From positions 1-46,858 of the forward strand of contig CAYUGX010000003.1 of the NCBI GenBank assembly GCA_964444375.1: DNA of 46,858 nt, given 5' to 3'. This document shows, piece by piece, positions 1-9,600 of the stretch (positions are counted from its first letter, which is position 1; every line of letters starts with the position of its first letter). Under the pieces are notes generated by a model that saw only the letters and a program-made list of their open reading frames with translations, had not been told where the DNA came from and did no database searches. The translations under genes were made by a program, and so were the position numbers. This DNA comes from an uncultured Porphyromonadaceae bacterium (GTDB taxonomy: Bacteria > Bacteroidota > Bacteroidia > Bacteroidales > UBA12481).

Positions 1-1263
1 AATGGAGATTACCATCTGAACTACAATCACATGGCCCCATATTATGGCTTGTATTCCTCAAACCATATTGAGCAAGCCAACCCCTATAATGCACCCATCC
101 TGGCTTTCATGGATCGTGGTCAATATTATTCAAAAATGATGACCGGTATTGTTGATGGGATCATGCTACCGGTGGGAATTGGCCCCCTGGGTATTGAGAC
201 GACTCGCAGAAATGCCATAATGGATGAACAGAGATCCTATACGGCCCAGGGAAATGAGCAGGCTGGAGGATTATTCTTTGGCCAGAAAAGTAACGCATCC
301 TATGCGGTAGTCAATATGGCAATGCAATTTTATCACACCTATGATCTGGGCTATGCTGAGCGCATCTATCCTTTTGTCAGACAGGTAGCTACATTTTGGG
401 AAAAGTATCTCACGTATGAAAACAATCGCTATGTGATATACCATGATGCCATCCATGAGGGCTCTGGCAAAAACGTGAATCCCATTCTCTCTTTAGGTTT
501 GGTGCGTTTGGTCATGCAAACAGCTATTGACATGAGCCGGGAGCTAAAAACAGATGAAGACAGAGTAGAAAAATGGCAACATATTTTAGATCACCTATCG
601 GATTACAGCTATCAGGAGCGGGAAGGAAAAAAGGTCTTCAGATACTCTGAAGAAGGTACAGCCTGGTGGGTGAATAACACCCTGGGCATTCAGCATATTT
701 ATCCGGCTGGCCAGATCGGTCTGGATAGTGATCCGGAATTGCTCCAGACGGCACACAACACCATAGAGGTAATGCAACGATGGATTGATAACAATGGGTC
801 CAACAGCTATTTCCCGGCCGCTGTAAGGGTAGGTTATGATCCCGTAATTATCCTGGATAATTTATACACCTACATCAGCCATACCTACCCCAACGGATTT
901 CAATTAAATAATCCGCATGGAATCGAAAACTTGAGCACCGTACCAAACACGATCAACGAAATGCTGTGCCAAAGTCATGAAGGCTTGCTCCGCGTTTTTC
1001 CAGTGTGGCCCAATTTTCGAAATGCGAGGTTTCACTCACTGAGAACCTACGGTGCCTTTCTGGTATCCAGTGAGATCACAGATGGGACCGTTCAATATGT
1101 TACAATCATCAGTGAAAAAGGTAGAGATTGCAGACTTGAAAATCCTTGGCCTGAATACAATGTAGAACTGACTGGCAAACTGCGTACTAGCAGCATTCTG
1201 TCTGGGGAAGTGTTGACCTTTGAAACTACACCAGGTGAAAAAATTGAACTTCGAAAACAATAA
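1..1263 (+). CDS. Glycoside hydrolase, six-hairpin (alpha/alpha)6 type, GH95-like; 5' end lies upstream of the window
   Basis: Frame 1 is open from nt 1 (N-G-D-Y-H-L-N-Y-N-H precedes the first Met at 31). The listed 31..1263 ORF is therefore the C-terminal part of a longer CDS. The DYHxNxN...YY segment resembles the N-x-N catalytic-centre motif of GH95-type glycosidases (recalled, not searched). It ends 9 nt before the next co-directional secreted gene. Confidence 0.5.
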   Translation, partial: NGDYHLNYNHMAPYYGLYSSNHIEQANPYNAPILAFMDRGQYYSKMMTGIVDGIMLPVGIGPLGIETTRRNAIMDEQRSYTAQGNEQAGGLFFGQKSNASYAVVNMAMQFYHTYDLGYAERIYPFVRQVATFWEKYLTYENNRYVIYHDAIHEGSGKNVNPILSLGLVRLVMQTAIDMSRELKTDEDRVEKWQHILDHLSDYSYQEREGKKVFRYSEEGTAWWVNNTLGIQHIYPAGQIGLDSDPELLQTAHNTIEVMQRWIDNNGSNSYFPAAVRVGYDPVIILDNLYTYISHTYPNGFQLNNPHGIENLSTVPNTINEMLCQSHEGLLRVFPVWPNFRNARFHSLRTYGAFLVSSEITDGTVQYVTIISEKGRDCRLENPWPEYNVELTGKLRTSSILSGEVLTFETTPGEKIELRKQ

Positions 1264-1272
1264 TTTGACACG

Positions 1273-3543
1273 ATGTATAAAAGCCTGTTGTTGAGTTTAG
1301 CATGGCTCTTGCTGATTATTTCAGGATGCTCCAATGACAAATTAGTGCAATTTCAAACCGAATTCCTGGAGATAGAGATCAATCGATCAGGCTACATCAC
1401 CAGTCTGCAAAATATCTCTGTATCACCGCCTGTAGAGTTCAGTCCCGTCGAGAAACCTTCTCCAATCATGAGACTCTATAATCAGAAAGAAGAGCAATAC
1501 TTTGATCCGGTATCAGCTAGCTTTGATGATAGCGAGAATAAGCTTATCCTGAGCTATCAAAACGGAAGTGAGGCAGTTGTTTTGATAGAGTCAAAAGATA
1601 AGTACCTGAAAATGTCCTTGCTAAGTTTGTCGAATCGCCAGCAAATTGAAGGTATTCAGTGGGGATCTATATACACCAACATCAGCAATCTGTTTGGTGA
1701 AATCATCGGTGTTGCCCGTGATACATCTGATGCAGTCAATTATGCGATCGGCCTTTTGTCACTTGACGAGAATACCATTGGTGGATTGTCTGAAACCATA
1801 GCTGATGCAGCACCATTTCAATACCTCATACATTCTCCGGATCCAGAGAAATTCCCCCTGCCTGATTCTTTGTATGAAGGACAAATCTTTACTTTGGGTG
1901 GTGATGGTATCAGTGATGTGGCTTTTTATGCCCACAAGGAACCATACTTTAGAATCTTGTACGGTAATGCTGCTCTTGTTGATGATCAGGGTAGAATCTC
2001 TATCACATACCATTCACGCGACAGAACATACGAACGAGAAGTATACTATTCTTTGATACCCAACATGCCGGCAAATTCACCAAACCATTTGTTTGTCGAA
2101 GCCATTCCGGGAGTAAATTACATCGGTTCATCTGTTGCCCTGTGGGGAAGCCCTGACAGCACTGCATTATTAGACGTTGTTCAGGATATCGTGCTGAAAG
2201 AAGGCTTACCCTATCCCACTTTTAATGGGAAATGGGTAAAGGATCCATCTGCCTATATGCCGGATGTGTTGACAAGTGGAGGAGTATATGACAGTGTCCT
2301 GTCTTACACACAGCAACTTGGCTTCAAAGCCATCAGTCTTTATGATCAGGGTTTTATAAGACCAGATCGAGGCAATGAAGGCTACATCGATGGAAAAGAT
2401 TTCGAGCGAAAACCCATCAAACTATCATCCGGTAATTTATCCCATAAAGAGTTCTCAAAACTGGCAGCCGAAAAAGGCATCATCATTGGTCGAACACCCA
2501 TCACAACCGCCCTGGCTCCTGGTACTAAGGATGCAAGTCCCATTCCAAGTGACAGTCTTTGCTATCAGCAAAAGCGATTGTTGATGAACAACATAGGCCC
2601 CTCAGATACCCTGATTCAAGTTGATGATCCGAAACATCTTGAAGAAATTGCCTCCTGGGAAGGACACGCCAAAAACCTGAACATGATCAAAATAGGCAAG
2701 GAACTAATCCACTACCTGGGTGTTTCAGATGATGAACCCTACCATCTGCTCAATGTGGTTAGGGGATATTGGAACACTGAGCCAACTGCTCATTCTAAAA
2801 ATGAAACCATTTTCAAGCTTCAGGTAACCTTGAATTATGGATACGATGGATTGATCCCCAATATCCATTTGCAGGATAAAATCGCTGCTTATTATGCTGA
2901 CCTGTGCGCTATCAATGGGCTTGGCTACTATGATTTCGACGGTCAGGAATTCTTGTTTAACAACGGACATGGCTATTACTCAGCCAAACGCTTCTTCAGA
3001 AAAATGTTTCAGCGTGCCCATGAACTTGGCTTACCTGACATCAGGTTTACAGGAGCGACTCTATCAGAAGGTTCATGGCACTACCAGAGCATTTGGAATG
3101 TTGGAGGAGGTAAAAACCTTTATGACGTAGATACCCGTGAATGGGGAAGTACAACCAGTCAAGGAAAAGACCTGAGAGATGTAACCTATGCGAACTTCTT
3201 TCCGGTAAGCTGGGGAGGAAACTTTGCGATCAATGCAAACTCAACAGTTGAACAATATGAACACATACAAGCCATGTCGGTTGGCGTTGGTGTTACCTAT
3301 AGTCTCATATTAAATCAAAAGGATGTCGAAAGTTGTCCGCAAAAATACGAGATATTCAAAACGATTCGAACCTGGGAAAACGCGAGAGCGGCTGATGCAT
3401 TTCCTAGAAACACTAAAAAGCTTCTAGCAATTCCTGAGAAAAGCTGGAGATTGGAAGAAATTAATGGAGATCAATGGAATTTGCATGAGATGGCTGAAGG
3501 TCAAATCATTGATACATTTCTATTGACGTCATCCAATAACTAA
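1273..3543 (+). CDS. Lipoprotein of unknown function (no recognisable domain; candidate carbohydrate-active enzyme by context)
   Basis: 756-aa uninterrupted ORF. The N-terminus MYKSLLLSLAWLLLIISGCSN is a signal peptide with a lipobox (ISG|C). It is packed tightly between two secreted glycan-active genes (9-nt and 20-nt spacers). I recognise no catalytic motif. Confidence 0.6.
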   Translation: MYKSLLLSLAWLLLIISGCSNDKLVQFQTEFLEIEINRSGYITSLQNISVSPPVEFSPVEKPSPIMRLYNQKEEQYFDPVSASFDDSENKLILSYQNGSEAVVLIESKDKYLKMSLLSLSNRQQIEGIQWGSIYTNISNLFGEIIGVARDTSDAVNYAIGLLSLDENTIGGLSETIADAAPFQYLIHSPDPEKFPLPDSLYEGQIFTLGGDGISDVAFYAHKEPYFRILYGNAALVDDQGRISITYHSRDRTYEREVYYSLIPNMPANSPNHLFVEAIPGVNYIGSSVALWGSPDSTALLDVVQDIVLKEGLPYPTFNGKWVKDPSAYMPDVLTSGGVYDSVLSYTQQLGFKAISLYDQGFIRPDRGNEGYIDGKDFERKPIKLSSGNLSHKEFSKLAAEKGIIIGRTPITTALAPGTKDASPIPSDSLCYQQKRLLMNNIGPSDTLIQVDDPKHLEEIASWEGHAKNLNMIKIGKELIHYLGVSDDEPYHLLNVVRGYWNTEPTAHSKNETIFKLQVTLNYGYDGLIPNIHLQDKIAAYYADLCAINGLGYYDFDGQEFLFNNGHGYYSAKRFFRKMFQRAHELGLPDIRFTGATLSEGSWHYQSIWNVGGGKNLYDVDTREWGSTTSQGKDLRDVTYANFFPVSWGGNFAINANSTVEQYEHIQAMSVGVGVTYSLILNQKDVESCPQKYEIFKTIRTWENARAADAFPRNTKKLLAIPEKSWRLEEINGDQWNLHEMAEGQIIDTFLLTSSNN

Positions 3544-3563
3544 TAGGTAAGAAGTACAAAAAA

Positions 3564-6533
3564 ATGAAATACTATAGTACTGCACTACTATTGTCATTAG
3601 TATTAGTAACTACCCCTTCAATTTGTCAAAATCCTTCTCAAACCGAAAGAAACAACTTTATCGATCGGCTGGAATATGGTGAATCTCTAACAGTTTCAGC
3701 CCTGGGCACAAGTCTGACAGGCGGGAGATGGCGGTGGTTTGATGTCTTGCAGGAAGGGCTGGAAAGAGAATATCCACGACAATGCACTTTTATTAATGAA
3801 GGAGTTGGCGCCTCTGCATCTTCACATCCGGAAGGTAAAAGTGGAATTGACAAGGCAATGCACTTATCTATCAGCAATCCAGATGTTGTTTTTATTGAAT
3901 TTGCGATCAATGATGCCTATAAACCTTATGATATCTCTGTTGAAGAAAGTGGGAACAACCTCATCGAAATAATCAATATCCTCAAAAGCAAAAATCCCGA
4001 TATCGAAATCATTCTTCAAACAATGAATCTGGTTATTGACATGCCTGAGCACGGCACCAGTGAAAGCACAGCTAGATCAGATTTACAAAGTTATCTTGAG
4101 ATATATCGCAGGATAGCCCAGGAACTAAATCTATTGTTAATCGATCATTATCCAAACTGGGAAAAGTTCTACAAGGACCATGGCAGAGATGCGTACATTC
4201 AACTAGTTCCAGATGGTATACATCCCAGATTGGAAGCTTACAGACAAATTTTGCTTCCAGAACTTAAATCATCTCTTATAAAAACGAAATGGTTAGGTGA
4301 TGGCATTTCTGAACAGATGGTCATTCCTGAATTGGATCATTTTTTACAGGTTTTGAACGGCAAGTTCAGGTTGATGCTATGTCAGTACGAAAAATCACAA
4401 TTGTTACATCAGCAAGCTATTGGAAATAATGGATTAACCACTAAAGGGTATGATTGGAGGATATCCACAAAAACTACACCCATAGAAGACGATCCAACAG
4501 GAATGGATGTGTCAATAGAATTGACACTACAAAACGGATCAATTGCCCAGGCAGGATTTGCAGTTGCTTTTGATTTTACCAATTGGGATTTTGAAAACTA
4601 TATTTTGTTACCGGCAGCAGTTTACAATGGAAACCGGCATCAGATTGTAAATAGGGGCTATGCCGAAGGCATTGATCGAAAATACCTTTATCAGGAAGAC
4701 CTCTCACTGATGTCTGTACCAATTCCCCATCTTTCTGCGAAGAATGGCTCGATCTCTCGGCTGGAAGTTAATTCAAGTAATCTGGCCACACCAGCCATGT
4801 GCTTTTTTGATAAATCAAGGAAGATGGGTTTTATCCTGCTCGCAGAACAGAAAACGGCAAATTCGGATAATGGGTTCATTGTTGAAGAAAGCACTGATCG
4901 CACCAAAGCAAGTTTCGTTTTAGCTGCTCCGGGAGTCAGAGCAAAGCGTCCACTCTTCGTTGGTTTTGCTGAAAGTAGAGACCGGGGTGTTGATTTCATG
5001 AACGGCGATCGCATTATTCTGAATTTCAACGTTTATTCTTTCAAATGCCATGATATTCCTGCATTACTGGAGAAATTTATGACGATAAGAAAATCTTTGA
5101 CAGGACAGAATGATCCGCGAAATCTTATCCCCCTCAGTCAAACAGCCTATTGGATGACCCAAAGAATTGATGAAAGATGGTACGCTGATGATCATTTTCA
5201 ATTCTATTTCCCTGAAAATGCCAACTGGATCTCATTCGGATGGATAGGTGGTTTAATCAATACCTATCCAATGATCGCCCTTGATGATGATTTCCATTTT
5301 GATCGCGTGAAGAAGACCTTTGATTTCGCCATCCCCAGGGCTCAGGGTGAATCAGGCTATTTTTACGGCGCCTTAAATTATGACGGAAAGCCATTTAGCA
5401 GGGACGGGTATCCTGAGATTCCGGAAATTGTCCTGACCAGGAAAAACGCGGATGTTTTATACTGGATGATCAAGCAGTTTGAACTTCTGAAACAACAGAA
5501 TCGATCAGACCAAATAAACCCAACCTGGCACATGAATATCAAGCGATTAGCCGATGCATTCGTCTCCACATGGGTAGTCCATGGGCAATGGGGAAAATCA
5601 CTGGATAATCAAACCGGGGCTGTTGCAGAGTTTAATACTTCTGGAGGCGTCATGGCAATTGGAGGATTAGCCCTAGCCTCAGAGTATTACAGAAATCCTG
5701 GGTATCTGGATATCGCCAAGAAATCGGGGAACTATTACTTTGATGAATACTTTGTAAAAAAGGGTTTCACAAATGGTGGTTGCGCTGACATATTACACAA
5801 TGCAGACTCAGAAACAGCCGCTGGTTTGATGACGTCGCTAATAACACTCTATGAAGTTACTGAGGATCGAACCTGGCTTCAAAAATCACGAAGTGTAGCC
5901 AATCTATGTGCAACCTGGACTACCTCCTACGATTATGAGCTCCCTGAACATACTGAACTCGCTCAACTTGGAGCCAAACTCGCCGGGATCTATTGGGCTA
6001 GCACGCAAAACAAACACGGTGCACCAGGTATTTGTACGAATTCCGGCGATGCCTTGTTTAAGATATACCGTGCCACAGGGCTTACACGATATGCAGATTT
6101 GCTTAAGGATATTATTCATGCACATGGTGAAAGCATACGTCCCGGAGGCTATACCAATGAACGCTTGACCTACTGTGATGCTGAGAGTCAAGGAGAAAGA
6201 GGAAATCATGTAACAGGCTGGAACGAACTAAACGGCTTACTTATGGCCTTGGAAATTCCGGGGATTCATATCATCACAGACTCAGGAAAGCGCTACGTTT
6301 TTGATCATCTTGAAATCGATGAGCTTAAAGAAATCGATGGTGAAATGATCCTGGGGATACACAATCCGACTCCATTTGACGCCAAGACACGTCTTCTTGT
6401 AGAATCTGTCAAACAATCTCAAAAACCACTGAAGATCAATGCATTCACGAAGTGGCCAATCATTGAAGTCCCAACAAACGAGACGGTTAACATAAAAATT
6501 GATGCATCTGGCAATTGCATTTTATTGAAATAG
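3564..6533 (+). CDS. Secreted SGNH/GDSL-type esterase fused to a ~740-aa C-terminal domain (probable alpha/alpha-toroid glycan-processing module)
   Basis: 989-aa ORF with signal peptide MKYYSTALLLSLVLVTTPSICQ. SGNH blocks are visible: SALGTSLTGG (block I Ser), GVGASAS, VVFIEFAINDAY, PDGIHP (block V Asp/His). The remainder is helix-rich (e.g. SETAAGLMTSLITLYEVTEDRTWLQKSRSVANL), which is suggestive of a six-hairpin fold. The family is not identified. Confidence 0.6.
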   Translation: MKYYSTALLLSLVLVTTPSICQNPSQTERNNFIDRLEYGESLTVSALGTSLTGGRWRWFDVLQEGLEREYPRQCTFINEGVGASASSHPEGKSGIDKAMHLSISNPDVVFIEFAINDAYKPYDISVEESGNNLIEIINILKSKNPDIEIILQTMNLVIDMPEHGTSESTARSDLQSYLEIYRRIAQELNLLLIDHYPNWEKFYKDHGRDAYIQLVPDGIHPRLEAYRQILLPELKSSLIKTKWLGDGISEQMVIPELDHFLQVLNGKFRLMLCQYEKSQLLHQQAIGNNGLTTKGYDWRISTKTTPIEDDPTGMDVSIELTLQNGSIAQAGFAVAFDFTNWDFENYILLPAAVYNGNRHQIVNRGYAEGIDRKYLYQEDLSLMSVPIPHLSAKNGSISRLEVNSSNLATPAMCFFDKSRKMGFILLAEQKTANSDNGFIVEESTDRTKASFVLAAPGVRAKRPLFVGFAESRDRGVDFMNGDRIILNFNVYSFKCHDIPALLEKFMTIRKSLTGQNDPRNLIPLSQTAYWMTQRIDERWYADDHFQFYFPENANWISFGWIGGLINTYPMIALDDDFHFDRVKKTFDFAIPRAQGESGYFYGALNYDGKPFSRDGYPEIPEIVLTRKNADVLYWMIKQFELLKQQNRSDQINPTWHMNIKRLADAFVSTWVVHGQWGKSLDNQTGAVAEFNTSGGVMAIGGLALASEYYRNPGYLDIAKKSGNYYFDEYFVKKGFTNGGCADILHNADSETAAGLMTSLITLYEVTEDRTWLQKSRSVANLCATWTTSYDYELPEHTELAQLGAKLAGIYWASTQNKHGAPGICTNSGDALFKIYRATGLTRYADLLKDIIHAHGESIRPGGYTNERLTYCDAESQGERGNHVTGWNELNGLLMALEIPGIHIITDSGKRYVFDHLEIDELKEIDGEMILGIHNPTPFDAKTRLLVESVKQSQKPLKINAFTKWPIIEVPTNETVNIKIDASGNCILLK

Positions 6534-6666
6534 AACCATCAAACAGGTCAGCAATCCTGGATGATGAATGGTCGAAACAGGATATAAAGTCGTCATTTTA
6601 TTAAGCTTCTATAAGACGCAGTTTTAGTATCTTGCTACTTAATAAACATCTAAATCACTGACACAT

Positions 6667-9600
6667 ATGAACCTATATTGTAGAATCATAGTTTTTGCAC
6701 TTGTTATAATTGGATTAGTTAATCAAACAGCCTTGGGCCAGGTGCTGGGCGGCCGTTACTTCACTTTTGCTACCGTAGTTCGAGTGAATCAGATCGAAAC
6801 ATCCCGAACTGGGATGCATGGTGCCGATGAATCAGGCATACACTCACCCGTTGAAGCAAAACTCTTCAGAGAAACAGTCGAAAAAGCCTGGCCGGGTGCT
6901 AGAATTACCTGGGCCTTCAGCTGGCAAGCCCTCAAAGACCAGCGGCCAAATTATTTAGGAATAAAAGAACTCGTCGTGCAATACCATCATCAATATGGTG
7001 ACGAGATCACCTTCCTTCCCGGAGGCTATTTCGCTAATATGTATAACACCCGGGAACAGGTCAACAAAGACTTGCATGAAGGCCTCCAAATGGTATCAGA
7101 AATGGTTGGTGATGGATACCGGCCTCAGGCTGTAATCGCTGGATTTCTGTCAGCTGAGAACCTGCGATATCTAGCTGAAGAAGAAGACATCCATGTTTGT
7201 CAGGGCAATATCTGGAGTCAATATGCGATCGACAATGGAGACGGAGAAGGGTCCATTTGCTATCCCTATTATCCATCCCTAGAACATTTTTGTAAACCAG
7301 CTCAAGGTGAAGACGATTTTATTGATTGTGTCAATCTGGATGGCTGGACCATCGATTTCTTGAATGGAATCTATCCAGGTGGAAGAAGAATAAATGGAGA
7401 ATGGTGCGGCAGTCGGCAAGGAGTAGGCCCAATTGAAACGGTTATCCGTTTAGGCACAGAAAGAGGCACAAAAGAAATGCTGCATGTTACTGCAGCACAT
7501 TTCGATAAAGGATTTGAGCTTAACAAATTTGGCTGGATTACCTGCACCTGGGAATTGGGGCTGGTTGAAGGCAGAAAGATTTGGGGTTATAATGGCCGCA
7601 ATGGGCTTGATGGCATGATCATCTGGCTCAGTGAACTTAGAAGACGCTGGCCCGATGCCCAATGTATCACCCATGGCGAATTTGGCCTGCTTTGGCGTGA
7701 TCAGTTCAAGAACAATGACGAACTGAATTACCAATTTGTTCAAAGGGGATCAGGGGTTTGCGGTTCAGATCCAGATAAAGAGATTCGTTGGTTCATGAAC
7801 AAAGATTTCAGAGCTGCATTGCACCGTGATTGGCGGAATAACGAAGCAGAAAAACTCATTGATTTTACGCGCTACGACATACCGGCCCAGGAACCTGATG
7901 ATCCAACACCAGGTCAGCACAGCCGCAACTGGAGCCTGATGAATCGACTCAATCAAAAAGGAACCAGACCTCAGGATCAACCCATGGATATTCAGAATCT
8001 CCTGCCGGATGAAAAAGAAGTGGTGAAAAAATGGTACCCCGACCTCATAAAAGAAGATCCTGTCATAGAGGAACTCTCCAAAGAATTCAATGATCCGGAT
8101 AAATTGTACCGACCTGGAGCTTTCTGGTGCTGGCTAAATGGCAACCAGACCAAAGAAGCCATTACCCGTGATTTAAACGAGATGAGTGAAAAAGGAATGG
8201 GGCGAGCCGAAATCTGGGATGTGGCAGCCATCTACAACGAGGATGACTATATTCCGGCAGGACCTGCATTCTTCAGCGATAGCTCGCTGGTGCTGATCAA
8301 ACACGCGTTAGACGAAGGACAGAAAAGGGGAATGAAAATTGGCATGGTGGGCTCAAGTGGTTGGAATGCCGGAGGCACCTGGGTCGAACCTGAGTGGGCC
8401 TCAAAACAACTCTATTTCTCATCAACCAAAGTACAAGGCCCGTTCAAAAAATCTATTGAACTCCCATTTCCCGAAGTGCCTGAGCAATGCCCGAAAGGAC
8501 CAAACGGTCTACCCGTATTCCATAAAGAAGTAGCCGTTATGGCCATTCCTGTACATAATGAAAAAAAGATCAACAGCATCGATGATATTGTGCTGATCTC
8601 AACCGATCACCCAGGTGGAAAAGTTGAAGTCAACCTACCAGCAGGTGATTGGGAAATTCTACGGTTCATCTGCTCAAACAACGGGCAAATGTTGATAGTA
8701 CCTTCACCGAAATCGAAAGGCTTATTCATCGATTTTCTGGATCCTGAATCTACCAAAAAACACCTGGGCTATTTCATGAAACGATTGGGATATAAACCCG
8801 GGGTCACAAAGAAAGGTGGGTTGGCCTATGTCGAATTTGATAGTATGGAGCTAGCTGAGGGAATACCCTGGACAGATGACATGCCTGCAATTTTCAAAAA
8901 ACAAAGAGGTTATGAATTAACCAGATATCTGCCCATTTTAACGGGTTGGGATATCGATGAAATAGCTGAACATTTTCTGTATGATTGGAAAAAAACGGTC
9001 AGCGATCAACTCATATACAGTCACTATATTTCCGGAAGAGAATTCCTGAATCAATACGGAATTGAACTGGTTGCTGAAGCAGGTGGACCAGGGCCTCCGG
9101 TCTGGGCTACCTGTCCGGTTGATGCCCTTAAAGCACTGGGTAACGTAAATCGACCAAGAGGAGAATTCTGGATCCAACACCGGGATATCTACCTGGTTAA
9201 AGAAGTGGCCTCAGCTGCCCACATCTATGGAAGAAAAGTAGTAGATGCCGAGTCTTTCACCACCTGGAGGCGATGGAAAGACAGTCCCTTCGATCTCAAA
9301 AAGAGTGTCGATCGGGCTTTTTGCGAAGGACTTAATTTTGTCACCTTCCATACCTTTGCCAGCACCTCTCCAGAAGATGGTCTGCCCGGCAGAACCTATC
9401 ATGCCGGATCTGATATCAACCATGCGAATACCTGGTGGAATAAATCGGGGCCGTTTATGGACTACCTCTCCAGATGCAGCTACCTCCTCCAACAAGGTCG
9501 ATTTGTGGCCGACGCCTGCTACTACTATGGTGATCAGGCTCCTAACTTCTGGCCCGCTCACCATGAAGTACCTGAGAAAATAATTCCGAATGATCTGGGC

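Noticed and set aside
6534-6666. Search for tRNA, small RNA, riboswitch or promoter signals in the longer intergenic gaps (6534-6666, 15633-15796, 22369-22510, 41268-41414).
   Set aside because: There are no cloverleaf or T-loop signatures, no conserved riboswitch cores that I recognise, and only one-mismatch versions of the TAnnTTTG box. Nothing is supportable.
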